Shown one piece after another: positions 1 to 12,459 of a DNA stretch of 64,000 nucleotides (positions are counted from its first letter, which is position 1; every line of letters begins with the position of its first letter). The notes under the pieces were generated by a model. It did no database searches and was not told the origin of the DNA. It was given only the letters and a program-made list of their open reading frames with translations. A program made the translations under genes and the position numbers. The stretch comes from Haliotis cracherodii (lineage: Eukaryota). The stretch lies in assembly GCF_022045235.1 (NCBI RefSeq), contig NW_027266264.1, forward strand, positions 80,910,001-80,974,000. Reading direction: 5' to 3'.

Positions 1-425
1 TGACTTACATCAAAGATCATAGTGACATAGATTATAGTGACTTGGAGCATAGAGCATCGTGACTTACATCATGGAGCATAGTGACGTAGAGCATAGTGAC
101 TTGGAGCATAGTGACATAGAGCATAGTGACTTGGAGCATAGTGCCATAGAGCATATTGGCTTAGATCATAGAGCATAGTGACTTACATCATAGAGCATCG
201 TGACTTACATCATGTAGCATAGTGACGTAGAGCATAGTGACTTGGAACATAGAGCATAGTGACTTACATCAAAGATCATAGTGACATAGATTATAGTGAC
301 TTGGAGCATAGAGCATAGTGACATAGAGCATATTTGCTTAGATCGTAGAGCATAGTGACTTAGTTCATAGAGCATAATGGCTAAGATCATAGAGCATAGT
401 GACATAGATTATGTTGACTTAGATC
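1..425. repeat. Composite minisatellite built on (TAGAGCATAGTGAC)-like units
   Basis: Repeated agagcatagtgac / gacttacatca / gacttggagcat blocks. Confidence 0.9.
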
Positions 426-671
426 TCGTGGCTTTGACATCTTGAAGGAATAGTCTGAAAGAGGTTGCTTGAGGAATTGAACTTTTACTTCCAATGCCGC
501 TATATATTGAATTAAATCATCACTTTAAGAAAACTGCCCATTGTTCATCTGAAGAATGGCTAAACGATATTGAATTAATAACAATGGCTTTGCAAAGGAA
601 TAGTTCATTATAGTGTATGGCTTCAAGGGAATATTCTCATTAACCACTCTCAATGTTTCCTTTTCAGCCTC

Positions 672-943
672 CTGCTGTGTCCAGTAGCAGCTGACCACAC
701 ATCCCACATCACAGAGAGCTCCAGTCATGTCAGCTGTACTGCTGTGTCCAGTAGCAGCTGACCACACATCCCACATCACAGAGAGCTCCAGTCATGTCAG
801 CTGTGCTGCTGTGTCCAGTAGCAGCTGACCACACATCCCACATCACAGAGAGCTCCAGTCATGTCAGCTGTGCTGCTGTGTCCAGTAGCAGCTGACCACA
901 CATCCCACATCACGGAGAGCTCCAGTCATGTCAGCTGTACTGC
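672..943. repeat. 67-bp tandem repeat, about 4 copies
   Basis: ctgctgtgtccagtagcagctgacc... starts at 672, 739, 806 and 873. Confidence 0.95.
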
Positions 944-1194
944 TTCATAGCTTCAATCATGCTATCGGGCATAATTCTGTGCCATGTATATACTACTCAA
1001 CTTTTGTAAAGTATCTAGACTGAACAGTGAATAAATGAGTTGTTATTGTGTATACTGCAGCCAGAGGAACATATTGTCTTGTTTCACTTACTTTCTTGGT
1101 CATTGACAGGAGACAATAAGAAAGTAATGTTTTCAGTGTGGATGTGAAGTGGTTTCTATAAAGAAAGTCATGAAATATAGAGGCTGTTTATTTC

Positions 1195-1752
1195 CATCTT
1201 CCCAAGGCAAGGGCATTAACTGACTATGAAAGTCCAGTTTCCACCCTTGCCGAACTAGGCTGGGATTATGGAGTTACATTTTGGCTGGACTAACGAGTCT
1301 ATGCGTAGTCCAATCAAAATTGCGTAACGAACATGCCATCCGGTTGGTAAATAACATGGATTTCAATGTGCAGATTTCGGTCGACTACAGGATTTGCAAA
1401 GCATGTGTACCATCAATTGGGCGTCGATAAATATTTTGAAAATCTTTTCATGTTTTTAATCAAGGTGCTCAAGTGATTCGATGTGCTTTGCGGGGAAAAA
1501 ACCCCATTTTATTACACTATAGATCTTGATTATCAATAAAATCGTCTTGACTGGGTGCCCCCATTTTGTTTGAACCAAATAAAAGGTATATGTGAGATGG
1601 AATCTGATTGGTCCATAGGAGGGGCATAGGAGGTACATAACTCGCAATAGTCACTGGTGGCGCTCTGATCGAGCCTGGAAATTCTAGCCAAATTCGGCAA
1701 GGGTGGAAACTTGACTTTTATAGTCAGGTAACTCCCTTGCCTCGGGAAGATG
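1195..1752. mobile_element. Non-autonomous DNA transposon (MITE) with ~60-bp TIRs, CAT...ATG termini and 8-bp TSD (P- or hAT-like)
   Basis: Left end catcttcccaaggcaaggg...tttccacccttgccgaa is the inverted counterpart of right end ttcggcaagggtggaaac...cccttgcctcgggaagatg. Flanks are tttatttc / tttttttc (7/8 match). Confidence 0.8.
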
Positions 1753-2453
1753 TTTTTTTCTTATAAAACACAAACATGAAGATGATAAAAAGCATATTTC
1801 AATTCAAACACGTTTTAGTTGATTCAATATTTGAGTCTGTAAAATTTGAAATAAACTGGCCTTATAAAAGAATATTGTTATCCTTGCACAGCTGTTCTAG
1901 TTTGAACTAAAACAGAACACCCCTGGCACATGAACACATGTGTTGGAGGATGGGGACAGCCCCATGTGATTTCCATAGTAGTTGGTTGGGTTTTGCATAT
2001 ATCCTTATGGAAAGCCGAGTTGTATTTCTAAGATTATATACAGGGCTTATACATAGAATGAGGCTAAAGGTTAATGTCTTCCTGTGCATAATCCTGTTCC
2101 GATTGCAAATATTGCAAATGCTATTTGTTTCAGCTTAACATGAAATATATTTCAGTATATATTGATTATTTGGTAAAACGGAATATTAGATGCAGTATTT
2201 AGCTAGCAATAGGAGGCACTGGTGGCGCTGTGGCTGAAGACCTTGCAGTTACCTGTGCAGTGTGGCGGAGACCAGAATCCAGCTTCTCAGATTTACCTGG
2301 ATTGTGATCTTTGATTTTCTCACCAGTGTTAGAAATTAGTGTGTGTGTGTTGTGGTCTCAGGTCCTGTAGAATTTGAACATATGGACCCCTAAGTTGTTA
2401 ACTTTAGCATTAGGGTTATGACATGAACCCCTTTACTTTTAGTCTTAGTTTCG

Positions 2454-2595
2454 GGCCTTGTGGTTAAAGCATTTGCCAAAGATCGGGTCCCATTCCCTAC
2501 ATGGGTAGAATATGTGAAGTCCATTTCTGGTGTCCCCTGCCATGATATTGCTGGAATATTGCTAATAAAAGTGTGTAAAACCATACTCACTCTCA
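2454..2595 (+). mobile_element. SINE family B, degraded copy
   Basis: gccttgtggttaaagc...ccatttctggtgtcccc...gctggaatattgcta...actcactc aligns by eye to the copy at 32430-32590; CpG-decayed. Confidence 0.75.
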
Positions 2596-2701
2596 TTCTT
2601 AGTTTCAAGCAGCACATCCCCATACCATGCTTGTGAGTTCCCCCAGAGTTGAGACTGTTTGCTTCATGCATCACATCAGCTGTCCTTCCAGGACTTCCAC
2701 A

Positions 2702-2943
2702 CAGCGCCGCGATTAGCTGTGCAGAGTCGCGTCCCTTGGGCATGCCAGAAACCTATGATTGTGGGTTCGTCCCGATTATGTTTCTAGGTTTGTCAGCACC
2801 ATACCCGTGCTCTTGGGTTTCACCGAAGTGGTAAACGTCTGAGACCTGCGGGCTTTCCTCCCATTAAGCTGACACAATGTGATATAACTGGAATACTGTT
2901 GAAAGCGGCGTTAAACCCAACTCACTCACTCACTCACTCACTC
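2702..2943 (+). mobile_element. SINE family A, 5'-truncated copy
   Basis: Matches 28832-29106 (agaaacctatgattgtgggttcg...gaagtggtaaacgtctgagacc...gcggcgttaaaccc) with (actc)n tail. Confidence 0.85.
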
Positions 2944-3065
2944 CAAACAGCGATACAAATGTTGTTCTAATCAATGTCCCACCAACTCATTATGCATGAA
3001 TTTGGCATGTGACATTGTTTCTATTGACTACCCTTGGTATGTTTCTTGTCAATTTATTTCACATA

Positions 3066-3131
3066 CAGTAAACTATGGTTATAACGAACTCAAAGGGACT
3101 ACTAATATTAGTTTGTTATAACCAAGTTCGT
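3066..3131. mobile_element. End fragment of the Tc1/pogo-type MITE seen intact at 60122-60297
   Basis: TA|cagtaaactatggttataacgaactcaaagggactactaa resembles the reverse complement of the right end of the 60122 element. Confidence 0.7.
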
Positions 3132-3505
3132 GGTGCTGGAAAATGATTGTTAAAACATTGTGTGATAACTTGTATATCCCCTACCCATCAAGGTATACAG
3201 CCTGATGTCACTCTTGATGGGAGTTTGCCAGCAGCTGGCTCTTTGAATGTGATGTGAGAGAGAAAACTAGCTACATGTGTGCACAAAGTTGCCCATGGTA
3301 GAACTGTAGTGACATGTATGTATTCTTACCCCGGTGTATACATGTTTGCAGGACTTGATGTCCATGTTGGAAAATCTGTCACAGACTATTGACATATTTG
3401 TATAATTATAATAATATGTTTGCAGGAGTTGTCACAGAGCTCAGATTTGTTATATTTTTCGTACTCGTTGAAGCTAAGTGTATCATTTCGACTTTTGAAG
3501 CTGTA

Positions 3506-3870
3506 CAGTTAACCCTTGTCAATGTGACAGTTAACCCTTGTCAGTGTGACAGTTAACCCTTGTCAATGTGACAGTTAACCCTTGTCAATGTGACAGTTAA
3601 CCCTTGTCAGTGTGACAGTTAACCCTTGTCAGTGTGACAGTTAACCCTTGTCAGTGTGACAGTAAACCCTTGTCAATGTGACAGTTAACCCTTGTCAGTG
3701 TGACAGTTAACCCTTGTCAGTGTGACAGTTAACCCTTGTCAGTGTGACAGTTAACCCTTGTCAGTGTGACAGTTAAGCCTTGTCAGTGTGACAGTTAACC
3801 CTTGTCAATGTGACAGTTAACCCTTGTCAGTGTGACAGTTAACCCTTGTCAATGTGACAGTTTACCCTTA
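3506..3870. repeat. 22-bp minisatellite (gttaacccttgtcartgtgaca), about 16 copies
   Basis: Direct tandem units visible. Confidence 0.95.
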
Positions 3871-4167
3871 TCTATGTGCCCCTATTGTCCATGACAGGGC
3901 TTTCATCACAGAAAGTGTAGTGTACTCACGTCAAGATGAACACCGACGGGTGACAACACGGGATGACAGTACAAGTTTGCACTGGGAATTGTAGCAAGCA
4001 TTACAAATGTAATTGATGCAAGCTTTTGATATTTTGCATCGCTTATACCAATCTGTGATATGACTTGAGTGTTGAATATGTGAAGGAGGATGTTCACAGA
4101 AAACATGTTTTTATTTAAGAAAATGTGAAATAGCTTCCATCACCAGAAAAATGTTGTAGGCAAGATG

Positions 4168-4374
4168 TTTATTTGTTGTTTAATGCTGCACTCAGCAATA
4201 TTCCCACTATATGACAGCAGTGTGTAAATAATCAAGTCTGGACTAGACGATACAGTGATTAACATCATGAGCACTGATCCCAGTCAGGGAACTTGACCAC
4301 CCAATACTGTTAGTCGCCTCTTACAACAAGCATGGGTTGCTAAAGGTTAATTCTAACCCGGTCAATTCACGGGG
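4168..4374 (-). mobile_element. SINE family C, CpG-decayed copy with internal deletion
   Basis: gttgtttaatgctgcactcagcaatatt...tagtcgcctcttacaacaagcatgggttgc...ttctaacccgg...cacgggg. Confidence 0.8.
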
Positions 4375-5395
4375 CTCAAGATCTTAAAAGGTGTTTTTAT
4401 TAGTATTGATTGTGCATTATCAACATTTGATCTCCCATATATATTTTCAAGGTGTGTGTGAGTTCTGTAGAAACCCCTTGTTTGGGAATTGCACCATGCC
4501 AATGTTGGTCATACATGTTTGTGCTGAAACACTGTAGTCACAAACGCCAAACATTTTGACAAAGAAATAGTGAAGTTTGTGTTTTTAGAGTTGAACTCTC
4601 ACACACTTTTCTGTCCAGAATGTAGAATGTCCTGACTAATACTTGTGGTTTGGTGGCTCCAGTGATGATGGAAGTGGTCATCCTTTACATGACTATTCCA
4701 GGATCTCCAGGCCATGGGTTTGAACCCAGTATCATACATGGGCTTGATCAGACTACTTCTTTCTCTGTTATGTTATACAAAATTCACTCACTCACTCACT
4801 CACTCACTCACTCACTCACTGTCATTTATTAAGTGAACCATTTGTAAATATTATACAAATGTTTTTGAAAAAAAATACACTTGCCAGCCTTTTTTTGTCT
4901 GATATCCATTGTCCATCTTCTTCCATTGGTGTATATTTAGTTAAATATGATTGGGTTTGTTATGACCATAAGCTCCTGTTTAATTGAACAAATAGACAGT
5001 CACAAATAGACACATTGGAGGAAATTGTTATGATTCAGATTTGATTGTTGTGTTGATTCATGACAGCTGAATAAATACTTGTTGGACTGGTGGTGCTCCT
5101 AAACATGAATATGTAAATAAAGATTTGAATGATGATGTTTCTCTTGTTGTGTTTTGAACAAAATAGATGTTGTTAAGACTTAGAACCAAATAAACTAAGA
5201 ACTAGAAAAAGGAGTAAGTGTTTCTATGTTGCAATTATTAAAAACAATCTACAATTGCCTAAAAATATTCATCATGATATATGAGATTGTGTTCCCTTAA
5301 AACTTAAAATTATTAACAATTTTGACAAGGGAAAACATGTTTCTTACAACTCTTTCTCAAAATTTGTTTAATCAGATTACAACATTGTAGGCCTC

Positions 5396-5812
5396 AGAGT
5401 ACAAGATGTATTAGGGTAGAGTTCAAGATGTATTAGGGCAGAGTTCAAGATGTATTAGGGCAGAGTTCAAGATGTATTAGGGCAGAGTACAAGATGTATT
5501 AGGGCGGAGTTCAAGATGCATTAGGGCAGAGTACAAGATGTATTAGGGCAGAGTTCAAGATGTATTAGGGCAGAGTTCAAGTTGCATAAGGGCAGAGTTC
5601 AAGATGTATTAGGGCAGAGCTCAAGATGTGTTAGGGCAGAGTTCAAGATGCATAAGGGCAGAGTTCAAGATGTATTAGGGCAGAGTTCAAGATGTATTGG
5701 AGCAGAGTTCAAGATGTATTAGGGCAGAGTTCAAGATGTATTAGGGCAGAGTTCAAGATGCATTAGGGCAGAGTTCAAGATGTATTAGGGCAGAGTACAA
5801 GATGTATTAGGG
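5396..5812. repeat. 22-bp minisatellite (agagttcaagatgtattagggc), about 19 copies
   Basis: Direct tandem units visible. Confidence 0.95.
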
Positions 5813-7736
5813 GGGGTAGTGAGGTAACCTTGTGGCGACATTTTGGAACATATTTATTTCACAAAATGTGTGAAGCTGAATTGGCAAACAGTTAAAGATG
5901 CCATACGGTCTCATTAATTATAATTTGCAGTCTTTATTTTGGAATACAATTGCACGCCACGCGATTGTATTGGTTTCATTAGTAAAACATTTATACGTGT
6001 ACTGTTTTTACACAAGGAATCAATCAAAATTGCTCCTGAAATCAACAATATGACAATCAAAATATTTCATTCATTTTCAGAAGTAAAAAATGGAATTGAA
6101 GCTTTTAAATTTTAAGGATAATAAAATTTGACAAATCATGAAAGGGTATGATGTTTGAAAGCTGTTAATCACATCGGCTGGGGCTGCCAAGTTGCCCAAG
6201 CCAAGTCGCTCTCTATTTGAACTACCAATATGGCAGGGGCGTGATATGATGTCACAGATTGAAGTTTTACCAAGCAGTAGCGACTGGTAAGGTGTGGGAG
6301 GAGATGCCTAGCGACGGGACAGATGTGGTGGTGTGGTCACACGTGTAGCACCACACATCTGTTACTGTCATGACCCTCTAGTAGGATACCGAATCTGTTC
6401 AACAGTTAGCTTGCTATAGCGCTTTATTGATCACATCGACCCCGACCCAGATGGTCGGTAGACGAGGGAGGCTGATACAGAACTCATTGTAAGGAATAAT
6501 CTACCGAGAAAAGACTCGCATATGAAAGCGATTTCAATAATCACTGAAAACCTAAAGTCCTTCCTTCCACCGAGATTATAATGCCATGTTTTTATCATAA
6601 CGGATTTCTGCAGCGCAAAATCCCCTGGTTATAATGCCAATGGCAGTATTTTGCAGGAAAAACGTTCCAATTACATGGTTATAATGAAATTTTTAATGTA
6701 TTTTTGCGTAAAAATGGCAATGTAGTTCATCTATTGGAGATAATTCCCTCTTCTGAAATAACAAGCTAAATTCATTGATCTCAATTGTTTTCACAGCTTA
6801 TCCTCACAGAGAGAATAATTTTCTTTCTTAAAATAACAAATCAATTTGATGTCGATGATACTGTCCTTTTCGGAAATAATATCCGCAATCGCCGTTTTTC
6901 CAAACATTAAATTACAAAGATTATGTTCGAAATGAAGAGATAGTCCTCCCTGGATATAATGCCATATTTTCCACTGGACACAAGGCGGCATTATAAGCAG
7001 GAAGGTTGTATGTACAAAATAAAATATAAAGAGATGCATTACAGCAGATTCCCACGTTCCGTTTACAGATAACCGTTGCCAGCTGAAAATTATTGAACCA
7101 CATTTACAAGCAACTTATTTATATTTCATAAATAAAATCCGGATTCGTAAAAAAAAAAATTGCTCATATAATTACCGCTCCTGGAAAAACAGGTTTCAGT
7201 TAGTGAATAATTTAAAACAAGTTTATGTTAAATATAAATGTACAATTATTTTTTTAAAATATCTGTAACCGCAAGCTTGATCATGTGGTGTCTGAGCTTA
7301 AGGATAACATTGCAACAATTTTAATATTTCATCCAGAATATATTTATATTATTACAACTATTCGATTTTTTTGCTTTTGACAATAATATCTTGAACTGAT
7401 TTAAGAATTTATTTCCATGTTGATTGAGTCATTAAATTAAGAGTTGCCGGATAAAACCTTTTTTTCAGGTTATATCCGCGGGTACATCCTTTTCCTATGG
7501 ATGACCGAAAAATAATTAACTAAGCTTAAGAAAAAATAACATTTTTATTTCTTTGGAGACGATTCATTACATTTTGTTCTGAACATATTCTATCGATTCC
7601 GAGAAGTTCCAAAGGGGTTCTGTCGTATATATAAGATCTTTAATATTTTGGGTGCACCAGTTAGACTTATAAAACATAGAAAGTTGAGGTAGCCATATGG
7701 ATGGGCTCTGCCAGTGTCTGGTGCTCAATACTGCAC

Positions 7737-8900
7737 TCACAGTTCGTCATGTCCTCCATAGGGGTTGGCGTCCATGGCTTCAAAGAGTTCCGGGTCTACA
7801 TCCAGGTGTTCCTCAAACTGCTTCACGAAGGCCATGACGTCCAACTTCAAGAGGTCATCCCAGGCCAGGACGCCGTCTTTGTCCACATCGATGTAGTTTA
7901 GGATAGCGTCCCTGGCCCCATTATCTGCGCCTTTCGTTACCATTTCTCGGAGAAAAATATCTTTGCTCATTTCGGGATAATCAACCAAGGGTCTTAAAAA
8001 GGTTGTACTTGCCCGTCGGAATTCAGACATGAATCCGAACTGTTTGAACGGCACCGTCTGATGCGACGTGTCCACATTGTCACAGTCGGTGTAGTTGAAC
8101 CAAGGAATGTGTGCAAACCATATGTTCACAGCCAGATTGCGGTTTCCAAAGGAATTTACCTGGTGGTACCACTTGTATGGAATGTACAGACAGTCTCCTG
8201 GTTCCATTGACACTTTAAACGTCGGAACCTGTTGCACCTTTGGGTATTTCTTCATATCGACCTTATCCACATCTATCTTGCTGTACACACCTTTAGCCAT
8301 CCAACCGCTGTCTTCTATCTCCGCTTGGAACTTACGGTCTACGATCACAAGATCTTTAGTTCCGTCTAGTAGACAGTTGAAGTTCTCCATTTCGTCTAAA
8401 TGTAACACTGACTTAGTACCCCCACTGCTGAACCACAGCACCACCGTTTCCATGACGTTCTGGAAGCCGCCACATTGGATGCTACGAGGTATGGACATGT
8501 CGTCACGCATGTCATCGAGAAGATCATGAACCATATACATATCCTTGTCTTTATACACGCTGAGAAACTTGCTGAGCGACATCGTGTTGATCCCGGCATT
8601 TCTCACCTCCTTCTTATACTTTTCCACCTGAACCATCTCTTCGCCGAACTTCTCCTTCATGTAGTCGTCCGTCCATCTTTTGAAAGGCTTGAAATCAACA
8701 TTTTTCAGGATGGATTTGAAATGAACTGGCTTACCACCTCCTTTCTGATACTTTTCATAGAAGTCTTTGGGTTCTGGAAATTCGGTTATTACCTCTACGT
8801 CCGCCGGGGTCGTATGTGACCCAAATGGTTTAAGATGTCCCGGAAGATCAGAGGCTGAGGCCACGAAGAAGATAGAAGTGACGTATAAAAACTGATCCAT
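7737..8900 (-). CDS. ER-lumenal JmjC (cupin-8 type) Fe(II)/2OG oxygenase with C-terminal EF-hand and HDEL, paralogue 1 (387 aa from first ATG)
   Basis: Single ORF. N-terminus MDQFLYVTSIFFVASAS is signal-peptide-like. JmjC motifs: LWFSSGGTKSVLHLD, NFNCLLDGTK, EPGDCLYIPYKWYHQV, NLAVNIWF. EF-hand loop DVDKDGVLAWDD. Ends GGHDEL. The ORF track starts at an upstream GTG (8945). Confidence 0.9.
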   Translation of the reverse strand: MDQFLYVTSIFFVASASDLPGHLKPFGSHTTPADVEVITEFPEPKDFYEKYQKGGGKPVHFKSILKNVDFKPFKRWTDDYMKEKFGEEMVQVEKYKKEVRNAGINTMSLSKFLSVYKDKDMYMVHDLLDDMRDDMSIPRSIQCGGFQNVMETVVLWFSSGGTKSVLHLDEMENFNCLLDGTKDLVIVDRKFQAEIEDSGWMAKGVYSKIDVDKVDMKKYPKVQQVPTFKVSMEPGDCLYIPYKWYHQVNSFGNRNLAVNIWFAHIPWFNYTDCDNVDTSHQTVPFKQFGFMSEFRRASTTFLRPLVDYPEMSKDIFLREMVTKGADNGARDAILNYIDVDKDGVLAWDDLLKLDVMAFVKQFEEHLDVDPELFEAMDANPYGGHDEL

Positions 8901-9035
8901 TCGGAATGAAAATGAAAACCCGTCTTCTAAATAAAGAAACGCCACAAGAGATCAGTATGGAGACACACTCCCACTGGAACACAATCCAGGATCCTGTAAT
9001 GCTTAAACGCAATCACTGCGTATATGCAACGCAAC

Positions 9036-9041
9036 TTTATA
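9036..9041 (-). promoter_or_regulatory. Candidate TATA box for JmjC paralogue 1
   Basis: TATAAA on the minus strand ~136 bp upstream of the ATG; paralogue 2 has one at a similar distance. Confidence 0.35.
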
Positions 9042-9707
9042 AGGCCAAAGCTTGAGAAAATGTTAATATCCCAGCTGGCGCCGAAGTCGCATTCTCATGC
9101 ACACTTATTTATTTACGGCATTGATATTCATGTTCCCGGGCGAGCGTTACAATGTAATCAGAATGCGTGTGACGGTGTGGAATACCGTCAATATCGGTGA
9201 CTAATATTTTAAACTAGGTACGTATTGCATGCCAGGTTAGAAGTTTGCTGGTAGGTTTGGAATTAGAAATATTTTATTTATTTAAACAGTGAGTGAACAT
9301 TGATACATGTCCATTTTTTCCAGTTTTATTATAGATTTATTTTTTTTAAAAACATTAACACTTACTGTTTTCATCTTCGAACTTCGAAGTATTAAGTATT
9401 AAGTATTGAAATAAATATTTCAATTTTTCCTGAAGAAACATGTTTCTCTTTGTTAATGTCTGTGGCAGCTGGTGATACAGTAATTTGGAGGACTACATTT
9501 TAGCCATGCCTAGCTTGATGTGAAATATCAATCTGCATTATGGCTGTTAATCAACATGTCAAGTTATTAAGAAGTATATTGGTGGGTTGGTAATTTGATC
9601 AACACTGGCACCATGCTTGGGGATTCTACATCACAGTGTAATGTGCATTACCATCTTGATTTTTGAATAACGCCGCAGTCAGCAATTCCAGATATGTGAC
9701 GGCAGCC

Positions 9708-10100
9708 TGTTTGTTTGTTGTTTAACGCCGCACTCAGCAATATTCCAGCTATACGACTGCGGTCTGTAATTAATCGAGTCTGGACCAGACAATCCAGTGA
9801 CTGACATCATGAGCATGAATCCACGCAATTGGAATACGATGACATGCATCAACCAAGCCAGCGAGCCTGACCACCCGATCCCATTAAGCGCCTCTTACAA
9901 CAAGCATAGTCACCTTTTACGGCAAGAATGGACTAGTCGAGTCCGAACACACAATCCAGTGATTGATATTATGAGAAACGACATTCGCCGTCTTTGTATG
10001 ATGACACTCGATCAACCAAGTCACCGAACCTGACCACCCGATCCATCAATCGCCTCTTACGACCAGCATTGACTGCGGGGGACCTGTTCTGATCCAGAAT
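9708..10100 (-). mobile_element. SINE family C, with partial internal duplication
   Basis: (tttg)n tail + tttaacgccgcactcagcaatattccagc...cgcctcttac; a second partial body at ~9940-10100. Confidence 0.8.
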
Positions 10101-10521
10101 GACCATGGGGGTGTGTAATCCCAAAGATGATCTCAATGACGCCACCTAAATTCAATACGTCAACGCCAGAGAATAATCAGTCTCGGATATTTAAAGAAAC
10201 AGATTCCATAGAGCATAAAGGTTAAAATAATGATGAAATTATTTGAATGGATCACTAAATATCGGGTGCTCGCGAAAAGGGAAGGCATATCCTGCTCTAC
10301 AGGCAGCACCCACCACTCACATAAATTTCATAGTGTCAGTGAGTAAGGAGGTGTGAAGACTCCATGTATAACAGTAGTATAACTACATTGTATACTATAG
10401 TTATCAGGAGTAGGAAAACATCTTGTCTCTGAAATGAAAATATTTTACAGAAAAAATAGTTGTTCAATTAAAGTTAAACACAATATGATAAGGAGGAGCC
10501 TAGACACTCTATTCATTTCCA

Positions 10522-10677
10522 GGGGGCACGGGCTCGTGGGTGTCACTGAAGTGGTAAACGTCTGAGACCTGCATCACTTCGGGCTTTCCTCCCACATCAA
10601 GCTGACACGCCGTGATATAACTTGAATATCTGTTTAAAGCGACGTTAAACTCACTCACTCACTCACTCACTCACTCT
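10522..10677 (+). mobile_element. SINE family A, internally deleted copy
   Basis: gggggcacggg joined directly to ctcgtgg...gaagtggtaaacgtctgagacc...(actc)n. Confidence 0.8.
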
Positions 10678-11064
10678 TCATTTTCATATGTTGCTGAAAC
10701 TGCAGTAATCTAGACTTGCCATTTATTATAGACTTGCATGGGCTGTATTGAATATATTTGACAGGCGAAGTGAAGCACATCAAGCAACGTGTCATATTTA
10801 GTAAATTCCTCCGAATGTCTACCATAACACTTCTGCAATGACGGACCCAGACCTTTGATGGCGAGACCTTGATTGAAAGTCAAACATCAGTAAAATGTGT
10901 GTTTCCGTGAAATTTGAATAAAATGTACATGCTCTACTAAAGTTGCTAAGCAACTGAGGAGAAATAAGCTAGAGCAGGTGGTATATTGTTCCACATGAAG
11001 TGGGAATTCACCATAGGAAAATCGAAACCATCCCTTTTGTCCTACAGCTTGGTACATAGGCTGT

Positions 11065-12350
11065 AGTAACCATGAGGAATCAGACAGACATTGCCATGGT
11101 AACCAGGATGAATCAGGCAGACATTGTTATGGTAACCAGGATGAATCAGGCAGACATTGCTATGGTAACCAGGATGAATCAGGCAGACATGGCTATGGTA
11201 ACCAGGATGAATCAGGCAGACATTGCTATGGTAACCAGGATGAATCGGTTAGACATGAGTGTGGTAACCAGGATGAATCAGTTAGACATGAGTGTGGTAA
11301 CCAGGATGAATCAGGTAGACATGAGTGTGGTAACCAGGATGAATCAGCTAGACATGAGTGTGGTAACCAGGATGAATCGGGTAGACATGGTTGTGGTAAC
11401 CAGGTTGAATCGGGTAGACATGGGTTTTGGTAACCAGGATGAATCAGGCAAACATTGCTATGGTAACCAGGATGAATCGGTTAGACATGGGTGTGGTAAC
11501 CAGGATGGATCAGGTAGACATGAGTGTGGTAACCAGGATGAATCGGGTAGACATGAGTGTGGTAACCAGGATGAATCAGCTAGACATGAGTGTGGTAACC
11601 AGGATGAATCGGGTAGACATGGTTGTGGTAACCAGGTTGAATCGGGTAGACATGGGTTTTGGTAACCAGGATGAATCAGGCAAACATTGCTATGGTAACC
11701 AGGATGAATCGGTTAGACATGGGTGTGGTAACCAGGATGGATCAGGTAGACATGAGTGTGGTAACCAGGATGAATCGGTTAGACATGAGTGTGGTAACCA
11801 GGATGGATCAGGTAGACATGAGTGTGGTAACCAGGATGGATCAGGTAGACATGAGTGTGGTAACCAGGATGAATCAGCTAGACATGGATGTGGTAACCAG
11901 GATGAATCAGCTAGACATGGATGTGGTAACCAGGATGAATCAGGTAGACATGAGTGTGGTAACCAGGATGAATCAGGTAGACATGAGTGTGGTAACCAAG
12001 ATGAATCAGGTAGACATGAGTGTGGTAACCAGGATGAATCAGGTAGACATGAGTGTGGTAACCAGGATGAATCAGGTAGACATGGATGTGGTAGCCAGGA
12101 TGAATCGGTTAGACATGGGTGTGGTAACCAGGATGGATCAGGTAGACATGAGTGTGGTAACCAGGATGAATCGGGTAGACATGGTTGTGGTAACCAGGAT
12201 GAATCGGGTAGACATGGTTGTGGTAACCAGGATGAATCGGGTAGACATGGATATGATAACCAGGATGAATCGGTTAGACATGGATATGATAACCAGGATG
12301 AATCGGGTAGACATGGATATGGTAACCAGGATGAATCGGGTAGACATTGC
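11065..12350. repeat. 33-bp minisatellite (ggtaaccaggatgaatcaggtagacatgagtgt), about 39 copies, including a 232-bp higher-order duplication
   Basis: Direct tandem units; identical variant blocks begin at 11427 and 11659. Confidence 0.95.
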
Positions 12351-12459
12351 TCAATGTGACGCGGGTCTTAGACTTTGTGCTGGGGTGGGGCTGACAAACA
12401 GAGGGTCCTCATTAGGGTGACTATGGGAGTCGAACACACGATCGACAGATCCTGACACA

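Noticed and set aside
6555-7012. Possible MITE with ttataatgcc subterminal repeats
   Set aside because: Only one end is recognisable; boundaries and TSD could not be defined
8095-8819. Plus-strand ORFs overlapping JmjC paralogue 1 (and similar ones over paralogue 2 and GAS1)
   Set aside because: Antisense shadows of real coding sequence
8901-8945. N-terminal extensions given by the ORF track (GTG 8945, TTG 15140, GTG 61378)
   Set aside because: Non-ATG starts; the first in-frame ATGs give proper signal peptides
11072-12420. 197-310 aa ORFs with 11-residue repeats
   Set aside because: Translations of a 33-bp minisatellite, open in several frames, with no unique domain
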